Origin: Fonticula alba ATCC 38817
Lineage: Eukaryota; Protista; Nucleariida
Assembly: GCA_000388065.2 (NCBI GenBank)
Contig: KB932208.1
Strand: one strand, 5' to 3'
DNA: 64,000 nt
Shown: positions 49,115-60,178 of the stretch, piece by piece
Layout of the letters: each line of letters begins with the position of its first letter
How positions within the stretch are numbered: the first letter of the stretch is position 1
The notes under the pieces: generated by a model
Databases searched by the model: none
The model's input: the letters and a program-made list of their open reading frames with translations, nothing else
What the model was told of the DNA's origin: nothing
Translations under genes and position numbers: made by a program

Positions 49115-52100
49115 CGCGCATGCACGCCATTTCCACCAGACACCGCGGCCCTCCCGGCGGCGGCCCCGGCCCCGGCGGTTGCTGCCCAGTCGGCCATCTC
49201 CGAAGCCGAGTTCAAGAAGTACCGCGAGGATTCCGAACGCTGGAAGCAGATGTTCCAGACGGAGCAGAGTGTACGTGTCTGCCCCTTGCTCGGCTTTTCC
49301 CGTCCTCCCTTGGCTGTGATGCTGACAGCAGTCTTCGTGCTTCCCCTTGTCTCCCGCTCCTCCGCCCCCCCCCCCCCCCCNNNNNNNNNNNNNNNNNNNN
49401 NNNNNNNNNNNNNNNNNNNNNNNNNNNNNNNNNNNNNNNNNNNNNNNNNNNNNNNNNNNNNNNNNNNNNNNNNNNNNNNNNNNNNNNNNNNNNNNNNNNN
49501 NNNNNNNNNNNNNNNNNNNNNNNNNNNNNNNNNNNNNNNNNNNNNNNNNNNNNNNNNNNNNNGATGCCAAGATCCAGGACCTTTCTTCGGAGCTCAGCAA
49601 GAAGGACCAGTCCCTGCAGCAGGAGTCCTCTGCTCGCAAGGAGGCCGAGAACACCCTGGCCGAGGCCGAGCGCGGGGCCAACCTCCTGCGTGTCGAGCTG
49701 TCCGAGGCCACCCACAAGCTGTCCAGTGTGACGGCCGCGCGTGACAAGCTCGAAGACAATGTCAAGTCCCTGGAGGAGCGCATCCACCAGCTTCAGGTGG
49801 CCCAGGCCAGCCTGTCCAGCTCGGCCTCCGCCCAGGCCGATTCCACCGGCCGGCTGAAGTCCCAGCTTGAGGAGACGGAGGCCGAGCTGGAGGCCCTGCA
49901 GATGAAGTACTCCTCCAAGACCAGCGTCCTGGCCGAGCTGGAGGAGACCGTGGCCGACCTGACGGCCAAGATCGCCTCCCTCGAGCGGGCCCTCGCCAGC
50001 GAGCAGGAGAAGCGCCAGGTTGCGCAGAAGGACCTCGAGTGCGTCACACACACACACACATACATGCATACATGCGGGCGGGCGGGAGCGGCAGGGGGGG
50101 GGGGGGGGGGCCCGGAAGCCGTCCGGCTCTCGTGCCCTTTTCCTTTTCCTTTCCCTCCCTTTGGCCTGTGCCCGTCATCACGGCCGGCGAGCGTAGGGGG
50201 GGGGGGGGGGACTGCCAGCAATGCTGCAGCCACCTCCCATATGTGTGCCCCGGTCGGCCGTGGGGCCACCCTCCTCGCCTTTGGCCGGGGGAAGTGTGCT
50301 CTCCGTCCGCTTGCGGCGCGGGGCGTCTCTCATGTGCCTCCCCCGGCTGCTATGCCCCGCCCCCCCCCTTCCCCCACCCATCATGCTCGGGGCGAATGTG
50401 CACCCACTAACGAATGCGCCCCTCCCGGAATCGCGCCCCACAGTGAGACCAAGACCCAGCTGTCCGAGGCCACCTCCAAGTTCCAGGCTGCCGAGCGCCA
50501 GGTCAGCCGCCACGAGACCGGTACGTCGCCATATGCCCCCCCCCCCCCTCTCTCCCTCTATCCATATACCCTGCCTCCCTGCCGTGGCAGCGACGCATGG
50601 CCCGGTCGCTGACTCCCCCCCCCCCCTCCCGCCCCATTCTCGCAGAAATCCTCTCTCTCAGCCAGAGCCTGGCCTCCGCCCAGTCCTCGCTGGAGGCCGA
50701 GCAGAAGCTCAAGACCGAGCTGCTGACGGCCAAGAACGAGGCGGACTCGCGACTGGCCCTGATCGACGCCGAGATGAAGTCACTCAAGCGCGAGCTGACC
50801 ACGACCCAGGTCAAGCGCGACCAGCTCCAGGTCAAGGTCGAGGAGCTGGAGCAATGTGCGTCCCGCAATATGCAGCGTCCTCTCCCCCCGCGCTTCGCGA
50901 GGGCCGCTCTCATGCTAACATGCCCCGCCCCCTCCTCTCCCCAGCCATGGCCTCGGCGCTCAAGTCCTCCAACGAGGAGGCGGCCTCCCTGTCGCAGAAG
51001 GAAATCGAGTCGCTGAAGAAGCAGCTGGCCAGCGAGAAGCAGCATGCGGCCGAGCTGAACACCCAGGTGGACGACCTGATCCGGGAGAAGGCCTCGCTCG
51101 GGGTCCGGATCACGGAGCTGAACCAGTCGCTGGAGACGTCGAGCCACGAGCTGAGCGCCACAACCAAGAAGCTGGCCGCGCTGCAGGCGCAATTTGACCT
51201 GAAGGTGGCCTCGGAGCGGGACCTGCTGGCCACGCAGTCCGAGCTCCAGGCGGCCAATGCCCAGCTGGAGGTGTCGCTAACGGAGGCCAACAATGCGCGG
51301 AACCGCTCCATCGAGGAGATGCGCGCCCTGCAGGACCGCCTCCAGTCGGTGGACACCGAGCTGAAGGAGGCCCAAATCCGGGCGGACCAGTCGCGCCGGG
51401 ACTTCCGCGAGGAGAACAGCTCGCGCGAGGTCCTGCGCGGGCAGCTGGACCGGGCGCGCAGCGACCTGGAGGTGGAAAAGCGGACAACCCAGCAGCTGCA
51501 GGTGTCGCTGGATGCCTCGCTGGCCGAGAAGAAGTCCCTGGAGGAGCGCCTGGAGAAGGCGATCGCCGAGCAGCAGGCCCAGGACGAGGCCTCCCGGGCC
51601 CTGGAGGAGACCCTGTCGAGTCTGCGCAAGGAGCGGGCCGTGGTGCAGGTGGACGTTGTCCAGCTGGAAAAGCGCCTGCAGATGGAGCAGCAGCGCCAGC
51701 GCGAGCTGGAGGAGCAGGCCCAGGAGACCGGGTCCCGGCTGGCGCGCACGGCCCAGGAGACGGCCCAGCTGACGGAGCAGCTTGCTTCGGAGCAGGCCCG
51801 GGTCCGGGACCTGCAGGCCCAGCTGGCCGAGGCCCAGGCCCAGACCTCCTCCTCGTCGGCCGAGGACAAGCAGCAGATCGAGGCCCTGCTGCGGGACAAC
51901 AAGCTCCTGGCCGAGAAGAACCAGGCGACCGTGGCCCGCCTGGAGGCGGTCCTGACCCAGAAGCCGGAGACCATGTCACGCTTCCAGTACCGGCGCCTGC
52001 GCGATGAGTATGCCGCCTTCAAGGCCCGTTCCGAGCTGCTGACCGAGCGCCTGGAAACCGATGTCAAGCTGTACAAGGACCGGAACAGCCGCCTGCTGAA

Positions 52101-54344
52101 GGAGCTGGCCGATGCCAACCACCTGATTACCCAATTCCGGGATCACACCTGTGCCGCGGGGGGTAGCCCGGCGGTGGTGACCACCCCCACCGGTGGTGTT
52201 GCGGCCGGGTCGGGCTCGGGGCCGGCCTCGCTGGAGGCGGCCATTTCGGCGGCCACTGCCGCGGCCGCGGCCGCTGCCTCGCACAGCACCACCTCCTCGA
52301 CGGAGCTGGCGTCGCCGGTGCCGGCATCGCCGCTGGAGCGGCGGAACTCCAGTGCCTCCATGATGAGTGTCTCGGCCGGGGGGTACCACTCGCCGTCTTC
52401 CTTCTCTTCCGGGGCCGGGACCGGGTCGAGCCACTCTTCGCCGACCATGACCAGCAGCACGAGCCATCATCATGGCTTGTCGCATGCGGGCGCCTCGTCC
52501 GGTGGTCAGCAGTCCTCCTCGATGCTGTCGTTCTTCCGGCTGCGGACCATTCGCCCGCAGTCGCGCAAGTTCTCCCTCGAGGGGTATCTCAAGATGCTGA
52601 TCGAGGCTGACGGCATCCGCCAGGGCTGGGACCGCAAGTACTTTGCCATCCTCGACGCGCAGGTCTTGATGTTCGAGAAGCGCGACCATGCCCCGAAGGG
52701 CGAGGGCACGCCGGTCATTGACATCCGGTGCGTGTGCCTCTCCCCTCCGCCGGGTCCGGGCGCGGGCGCGGGGGTGGGGGTGGGGGGTCTCCTTTTGGCG
52801 GGGATCCGCCCCCCCATTCGCCTCTGCCTTTTTTCCGCCCTCCTCTTGCCCGCCCCCCTTTTTGACGATCTACCCTGCTTGCTAACGAAAACGTGTTTGC
52901 GATTTTCCTTCCGTGCGCCCCCTCCCCCCCCCCCCTCCTCGTCATGTTGTCCCGTGTGGCGGTGGCTGCTGCGCGTGTTTTTGGGTGGATGTATGTGCCT
53001 CGTGTGCTCCCCCCCCTTGCCGCGCGCACACACACACACATACGCGGGCATACAACACACAGGTCCAAGCACTTTGTCGTTCGCCCTGGCAGCACCAAGA
53101 TGCAGGACTCGCCCAACATCGCGGAGATCCCCTGCATCTTCGTGGTGTATGCCACGAATGGCGACCCGGCGCAGCTGTTCCGCGCGGCGTCCGTGTCCTC
53201 CACCGCGTCCGGGGTCAGTCGCGCGGCGTCATTGACCTCGGCCACCGGGATCGTCGGGTCAGCCGGGTCCATCGACAGCGTCGGGTCCTCGGCATCCAAC
53301 GACAATTTGGCCATGGCGGCGGCCATCGGCCGCGGCGGCGGAGGGGCAGGCAGCGTGCGCACTTCCTCGGGCCTGGCCGGCGAGCCGATTACCACCTCCT
53401 CGCGCGTCGGGTCCGAGAGCAGTGTCTGCTCCTCGTCGGTCGACACGTCGGAGGTTGCCAGCTCCGACACCGAGCCCGAGACCGAGGGGTCTGGGCCGGC
53501 TTCGCCGGCGGTCCTGACCCGCGTGCAGGATCTGACCCATCGCCAGGTGCACACGATGAACATCATCAGCGGCCTGCAGAAGGCCCTGCTTTTGGCCGGG
53601 TCGACGACTCAGAAGAACCTGATCGAGAAGCAGCTGGACCCCCACCGCCGGGAGCTGGCGTCGATCGAGCGCGAGCTGCAGACTCTGCGCGGGCAGCAGG
53701 CCGGGGCCGGGGCCGCTGGCGGGGCCAGCGCCACCGGCGGCCCGGATGCCGCCTCCTCGCAGGCGGTGGCCACGCTCGACGCGAAGATCCTCAAGCTGTC
53801 CAATGAGCTGGAGGTGGAGAAGGGCGTGCGCGATGGCGCCATCAAGCTGATTCTCAGCCTGCTGGAGTCGCGGGATCACATTAGCCGGTCGTTGGCCCAG
53901 CGGCACCTGGATGACATTCGGCTCCGGGTGCAGAGCATGCTGACGCACTTGGCCGAGGTGGAGAAGGAGCGCCAGGCCCTGCTGGTGTCCATTGGCCACT
54001 GGCCGGGGGATGTGCTGCGCTTCGATGTCTCCGGACAAGACCACCAGTTCACGGTCTGCCCGACGGCGGCCAGCGGCAAGCCGGCCAACTGCTTCGTCTG
54101 CGAGAGCTCCCTGTCGCAGGTGACCACGGTGCTGTGTCGCGCATGCAATGTTCACACGCACACCCGGTGCGCGTCGCTCATCGAGGAGCGCTGCTCCGAG
54201 GTCCTGGTCATGAACACCACCCGGCCGCAGGTGTTCATCGCCTCCGACCCGGAGGCCCGGCTCCTGTGGGTGGACAAGCTCCTCTCCGCGCGGATGTCTC
54301 ACATGAATGCCGTGGCCGCCGGGCCCAAGTCCGCCGATTCCTAG
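46747..54344 (+). CDS. ROCK-like: Rho-associated (ROCK-type) AGC kinase: kinase, long coiled coil, split PH domain containing HR1-like repeats and a C1 finger; ~1,700+ aa, at least 9 exons, part hidden in gap 49381-49562
   Basis: N-terminal LSIDTLLDAL, GRGAFGEV, AFYMEER, YLYLVMEYLAGG, YRDLKPEN, DFG, VGTPNYISPE, DWWSLG and hydrophobic motif QLAFVGYTF; more than 800 aa of heptad-rich sequence; PH N-half LEGYLKM...GWDRKYFAIL; C1 finger; PH C-half FIASDPEARLLWVDKL. Confidence 0.9.
47328..47346 (+). other. Illumina TruSeq adapter remnant (assembly artefact)
   Basis: AGATCGGAAGAGCGTCGTG is the TruSeq adapter read-through sequence and separates two identical ~150-nt intron copies. Confidence 0.95.
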
Positions 54345-54385
54345 TCCCCTCCTCGCGGCGGCGCGCCGGTTCGCGTGCGCGTTCA

Positions 54386-54416
<31 letters not shown>

Positions 54417-57130
54417 GTGCGTGTGTGTCTGTGTGCGTGTGCGTGTGCGTGTGTGGATGCATGGGTGGGGGGGTGTGGATACCCTGCCCCCCCTCCCCCT
54501 CCATCTATCCATCTCCGACCTCGCTCTCTCTCTCTCCTCCCTCACTCCCTTTTTGTGTGTGCGTGTGTGTTTGTACGTGCCTGTTCTCTCTTCCCTCTTA
54601 TACTGCACTACCGCCATGCATGCGCAAATACATGTCTACAGAGAATCTCCTGCCTCATGTTTTCCCCCTCCTGGGCGCTGCTCCTCCCGTGCGCGCGCCC
54701 CCACGGGAGGGGGGGGGGGGTATCGACACGGGGATGGTGTTGGTGATGCAAGGCTGTTGTGCCCCTTCTTCTTCTTCCTTTGCACGGTGTGCGTCCTCCA
54801 AGCGGCGGCCGAGAGAGGGGCGCAAGGCGCGGGGGAGGGGCTTGGTGGTGGCTAGACGCCGAAAGGAGGGGGCCCCCGAAGGAGGTCGGCCCACAGGGGC
54901 AAGGACTGCTCCCCCTCTTTCCAGTCCCGCCGGCAGCGGCGCAGCACCGCATATCAGAATGGATCCGGACTTTCGCCACGGCGCGCGCCCAGTCTGGGGT
55001 ATCTGTATTTGGCCCAGCCACGGAGGCCAAATGTCGTTGGGGTTCTTCTAATGACTGAATGACATTCACGGGCTACACATGCAGATTCGGGCATGCCGCC
55101 CGCCTCTCTCCCCCCCCCCCCGCACTCGCGCAGACGACGCCCCCCCGCAGGGCCTCATGCGGGGTGATGCAGGGGCCGCGCGCCGGGGGAGGGGGGGTGG
55201 GGGGGAGCTGGGCCGGCCTTCGTGCCCTTTCTAATGGTTCATGGCAGACCCACCGTTGGGGGGGGGGGGGGCGGGGGCGCGGCGGAGGGAGACGAACCTT
55301 TTTGGCGATTAGAAACAAGCACAACAAGGTAGGGACTGAGCCCTGGGGAGGATGAGACGCAGAATACGCGCTCATATAAGCCGGTGTCTGCCTCTGTCCG
55401 GCTCTCTCTCTCTCTCTTTCTCTCCCCCTGCTCTGNNNNNNNNNNNNNNNNNNNNNNNNNNNNNNNNNNNNNNNNNNNNNNNNNNNNNNNNNNNNNNNNN
55501 NNNNNNNNNNNNNNNNNNNNNNNNNNNNNNNNNNNNNNNNNNNNNNNNNNNNNNNNNNNNNNNNNNNNNCCCCCCCCCCCCGCACTCGCGCAGACGACGC
55601 CCCCCCCCGGGGCCTCGTGGGGGGGGATGGAGGGGCGGCGCGCCGGGGGAGGGGGGGGGGGGGGGGGCTGGGCCGGCCTTGTTGCCCTGTCTAATGGTGG
55701 GTGGCAGACCCACCGTTGGGGGGGGGGGCAGGGGGGCCCGGCCGAGGCAAGGAGAGCATGCCGCGCAAGCGTGGCCCAGCAGGGGGGCCCATTCCACCGC
55801 GGGCCCTTGGCTGGGGTCAGGGCAGCCGGGGGCACAGCCGCGCGCATGGACGCGAGCCGCGGGAGCCCCCCCGCCCGGCCGGTCCGCCTGCGGCCTGCCT
55901 CCCGGCCCCTCTGCCTGTGTGCCCGCCGGGGGCACACGCGATGTCCCGCCGGTCCGGCCGCGGCCGATCCGGGCTCCTTCTTCAGACAACGGGCTGGCCG
56001 CCCGGGCCATCCTCTCCGACCGCCAGCAGCCTCCCGTCCCCCTCTCCCTGCCCCCGCCGCCGCCGCCTCCTGGCCCCCTCCCTTCTCTTCTTCCTCTTTT
56101 TTCCCTCCCCCTCCTTTCCGCCCCCCTCCCGCCTATTGCGCCCCTGGACACCTCTGCACGGCTTCCCACCGCAAGGGAATCGGTTCGTCGCGCCCCTCCA
56201 TTTGCCCGGTCGCTCGCGGCGGCGTCCGGCTGGCCACACACACACACACACGCACACACACACGCATGCACCTCCACGCTCGCGGCTGGCTGACCTGTCC
56301 CGCGNNNNNNNNNNNNNNNNNNNNNNNNNNNNNNNNNNNNNNNNNNNNNNNNNNNNNNNNNNNNNNNNNNNNNNNNNNNNNNNNNNNNNNNNNNNNNNNN
56401 NNNNNNNNNNNNNNNNNNNNNNNNNNNNNNNNNNNNNNNNNNNNNNNNNNNNNNNNNNNNNNNNNNNNNNNNNNNNNNNNNNNNNNNNNNNNNNNNNNNN
56501 NNNNNNNNNNNNNNNNNNNNNNNNNNNNNNNNNNNNNNNNNNNNNNNNNNNNNNNNNNNNNNNNNNNNNNNNNNNNNNNNNNNNNNNNNNNNNNNNNNNN
56601 NNNNNNNNNNNNNNNNNNNNNNNNNNNNNNNNNNNNNNNNNNNNNNNNNNNNNNNNNNNNNNNNNNNNNNNNNNNNNNNNNNNNNNNNNNNNNNNNNNNN
56701 NNNNNNNNNNNNNNNNNNNNNNNNNNNNNNNNNNNNNNNNNNNNNNNNNNNNNNNNNNNNNNNNNNNNNNNNNNNNNNNNNNNNNNNNNNNNNNNNNNNN
56801 NNNNNNNNNNNNNNNNNNNNNNNNNNNNNNNNNNNNNNNNNNNNNNNNNNNNNNNNNNNNNNNNNNNNNNNNNNNNNNNNNNNNNNNNNNNNNNNNNNNN
56901 NNNNNNNNNNNNNNNNNNNNNNNNNNNNNNNNNNNNNNNNNNNNNNNNNNNNNNNNNNNNNNNNNNNNNNNNNNNNNNNNNNNNNNNNNNNNNNNNNNNN
57001 NNNNNNNNNNNNNNNNNNNNNNNNNNNNNNNNNNNNNNNNNNNNNNNNNNNNNNNNNNNNNNNNNNNNNNNNNNNNNNNNNNNNNNNNNCCCCCCCCCCC
57101 CCCCCCCCCGCACCTGGGCCAGCAGCAACC

Positions 57131-59998
57131 ATGTTTCGCGCGGGCATTGTCCGACTCAGCCAGCAGTACCACAGCACTCTGCCCATCCGTGGCCTGGCTA
57201 CTCTCTCCGGCAGCGCCAGTGGCGGCAGCAGCAGTGCGTCCCCCGGCTGGCGCCCCCTTTTGATGCGCCCCCGCGCCACATGACGCCTGGTTCTCACCCC
57301 ATCTCCCTGCGCTGCCCCGCCCCGTCCCCCACCTGCTCCGTGTCCCGGCCCCTCGGCCTCTCGTGCTCTGTCCGCCTCTGCTGGGACACGCCAGACACCG
57401 GCCGCCGCATGACCGACGAGGAGTTCCAGTCCCTCACTCCGGCCATGTACAACACCTGTGCGCCCGCCCGGTCCTCGCACGGATGCCCCACTCCATGTGT
57501 GTCGCCCGCCGGCCCGCTGCATGGCCACTGACCCTCCTGCTGCACCATCCCCCTCCCCCCCGCCCCCGCCCCCGCCCGGCCGGGATGCACAGTCGCGCCC
57601 TACTACCACAACAATCGCCCTCTGCCCAACCACCTGCTGTCCCTGCTGGAGAGCAGCACCAATGTGTCGGAGCGTGCCTCGCCCGAGGAGCTGAGCTCCG
57701 TGGCCGCGGCCATGTTCCAGCGGCTGAACCTCTCGGATGACGCGCAGCAGCAGCGCACCGGGAGCTTCCCCTCGTTCAAGACCACCCGGCCGGACATCTT
57801 CGCCGCCCGGCCGCGGGTGACGTCGCTTGCTGTGCGCGATGCCGGCCACCCGGCGCTCGGTGGGGCCCTCTCCGATGAGGACGTCCCCTCGGATCGGGAC
57901 ACGCGGCAGCGCGATCGCGGTGCGGCCGGCGTCTCGGCGTCGGCCTCGGCGTCGGCCGACCAGAGCGTGGACATCTTCAATGCCCTGTTCCCGTCGGACA
58001 GCAGCGACGGCGATTCGGCCATCCTGGCCGGCATCGCATCGACCCCGGCCGCCTTGAAGTACGACTCCTACTCGATTGGGCAGCCGATGGGCTCGGCCGC
58101 GGCCAAGGGCCAGGCCGCCGGCTCGGCGTCCGGCGCCGGCAAGGGCGCCGGCTCGGCCTCGCCCCAGGCTGGCCCCGGCGCGGCGGGTCGCCTTCCGCTG
58201 AACATCCTGTCGGTGGCCGGCCGCTTTGAGGAGCCGCAGTTCCTGTCGGAGCTCCCCAGTCACGACAGCATCCCGCCGCAGGCCCTGGAGCAGATCCACC
58301 AGCTGGCCTGCTCGCAGGAGATGACCCGGACCCACATTTCCAACTACCGGAACCAGTCGATCCTGCCCCGGAAGATCATGTTCCCTGGGCACCACACCGA
58401 GTGGTTCCCGGGCAGCCTGCCGGAGGCCCTGGACAATGGCCGGGATGTCCTGATCACCCCGCCCAGCGAGGCCCTCGAGCCGGAGTACCGTCGTCTGTTG
58501 GATTTCGACACGGTGCCGAACCACAACCCCATGCTGACCTATGCGCAGCAGGTGCGCGCCGGGCCGTGTGGCCACCTTTTGCTTGGGCTTCTCCCCCTCC
58601 CCTTTGCACCCGCGGCCTCTTTCGCTCGCCCGCGCGCCCGCGCGCCCCCTGCTTCCCTCCGGCAAATAGGCCGACGCCGGCATGCAAGGCCGTGCTCTGG
58701 GGCTCTGTGTGGCTGTCCGGCCGTGAGCTGACATGTGTGCCTCCCCTTCGCCATGTGCTGTCGCCCCCCCTCCTCTTTTCTTTGTCAACGTGCCCATATG
58801 ATGTGGCCGGCGCTCTCCCNNNNNNNNNNNNNNNNNNNNNNNNNNNNNNNNNNNNNNNNNNNNNNNNNNNNNNNNNNNNNNNNNNNNNNNNNNNNNNNNN
58901 NNNNNNNNNNNNNNNNNNNNNNNNNNNNNNNNNNNNNNNNNNNNNNNNNNNNNNNNNNNNNNNNNNNNNNNNNNNNNNNNNNNNNNNNNNNNNNNNNNNN
59001 NNNNNNNNNNNNNNNNNNNNNNNNNNNNNNNNNNNNNNNNNNNNNNNNNNCCCCCCCCCATTCCCTTCCCTTCGTCCCCTTTGCGCCTGACTCCACGTGC
59101 AGATGTACCAAGACGCCAGCCTGGCCCGGCTGGTGACCGACTCGCATGATGACGCCGGTCGCCACCGCCTGCTGCAGCCTCTGGGTCTGTCTCGGCGCCT
59201 GACGCGCCCGTGGGCCCGTCGCGCGGTCACCTTCGAGCGGGATCTTGGCCATCGTCTGGACCACAAGGTGCGGGCCCCAGTGCATGCGCGTGTGCTCCCG
59301 GTGCCGCGGGCCCTCATGCTTGCGCCCCGCCCGCCGCCCGCACACAAAGACCACCCTTCGCGCCCGACCTCTGACCCTCCTGCCTTCCTGCCTGCCGTCC
59401 GCCCCTCTCCACACCACCCGCTCCGGGTGCAGAACGTCTGGAGCACCATCCCCATCCTCCACGTGCGCGGCCGGATCTTCAACCGCAAGAAGACCAGTGC
59501 GTCGTGTGCTTTGCTCATGCCCCCGGGCGACATGCCCGCCCTGCCGCCGCCCCCCCCCCCCCCCTGCCCCCCCGCTCACCTGTGCCCCCTCCCCACCCCC
59601 TGGCGGAAGTCCTTTCGCAAACCAGCCACCGTCGCATGTCCAAGGTCATCCGCCGCAGCCAGGCCATGGGGATCCTGCCCTACTTCTCCAACTTCTACCT
59701 GCAGCACAAGGAGACCTACATCCATAACCCGAACCTGTTCTTCGAGATCGCCAGGGGCGACGGCGAGATGGACGCCACGCTGGAGTCCTTCCCGCACCGC
59801 TTCGCCCGGGTGTTCGGCCAGCGCCCGGCCGAGATGCTGTACGAGCGCGACAGCATGAGCAAGTTCGAGATCCCGCCCGAGGACCCGGACTGGGAGGCCA
59901 ACATGTATGACACCGGTCAGAATTACTCCGGCGCCGACAAGAACTCCATCATGGCCGGTGCCTTCTCCGATGGGGACGTGGGCCCGATGAGCGACTAA
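57131..59998 (+). CDS. Mitochondrial ribosomal protein bS18m (Rsm18/MRPS18-like) with very long extensions, ~580 aa; exons 57131-57233, 57395-57457, 57593-58551, 59103-59267, 59433-59496, 59610-59998
   Basis: Presequence-like MFRAGIVRLSQQYHSTLPIRGLATLS. The spliced core HKNVWSTIPILHVRGRIFNRKKTILSQTSHRRMSKVIRRSQAMGILPY aligns by eye without gaps to the S18 pattern YKNV..L..F.SERGKILPRR.TG.SAK.QR....AIKRAR..ALLPY. All intron phases are consistent. Confidence 0.82.
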
Positions 59999-60129
59999 GT
60001 GCGCCGCGGCGTGTGCGGCGCGCGCGCCCCGGGCGACACAGAGGGCCGCCCCCGATAGGCGCCATGCTTTGCCCCTCCCCGCCCCTTGGCACTGCTCCCG
60101 GGAGATGGCGCGCGGGGGGCGCATCTCCC

Positions 60130-60178
<49 letters not shown>

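Noticed and set aside
54870-55400. Short minus-strand frames with coding-like composition (VNVIQSLEEPQRHL..; GLYERVFCVSSSPG..)
   Set aside because: No recognisable homology or consistent splice chain, and the region is affected by gap artefacts.
55401-55435. (CT)n-TTTCTCTCCCCCTGCTCTG, identical to ~60150-60189
   Set aside because: It ends at a gap and begins in a CT microsatellite; most likely a mis-extension through the microsatellite rather than a dispersed repeat.
55088-55735. Two diverged ~170-nt copies (55088-55260 and 55570-55735) that look like a tandem duplication or element
   Set aside because: The second copy follows a gap and differs mainly by changes to G near poly-G runs, as expected for a low-quality read; probably one locus assembled twice.
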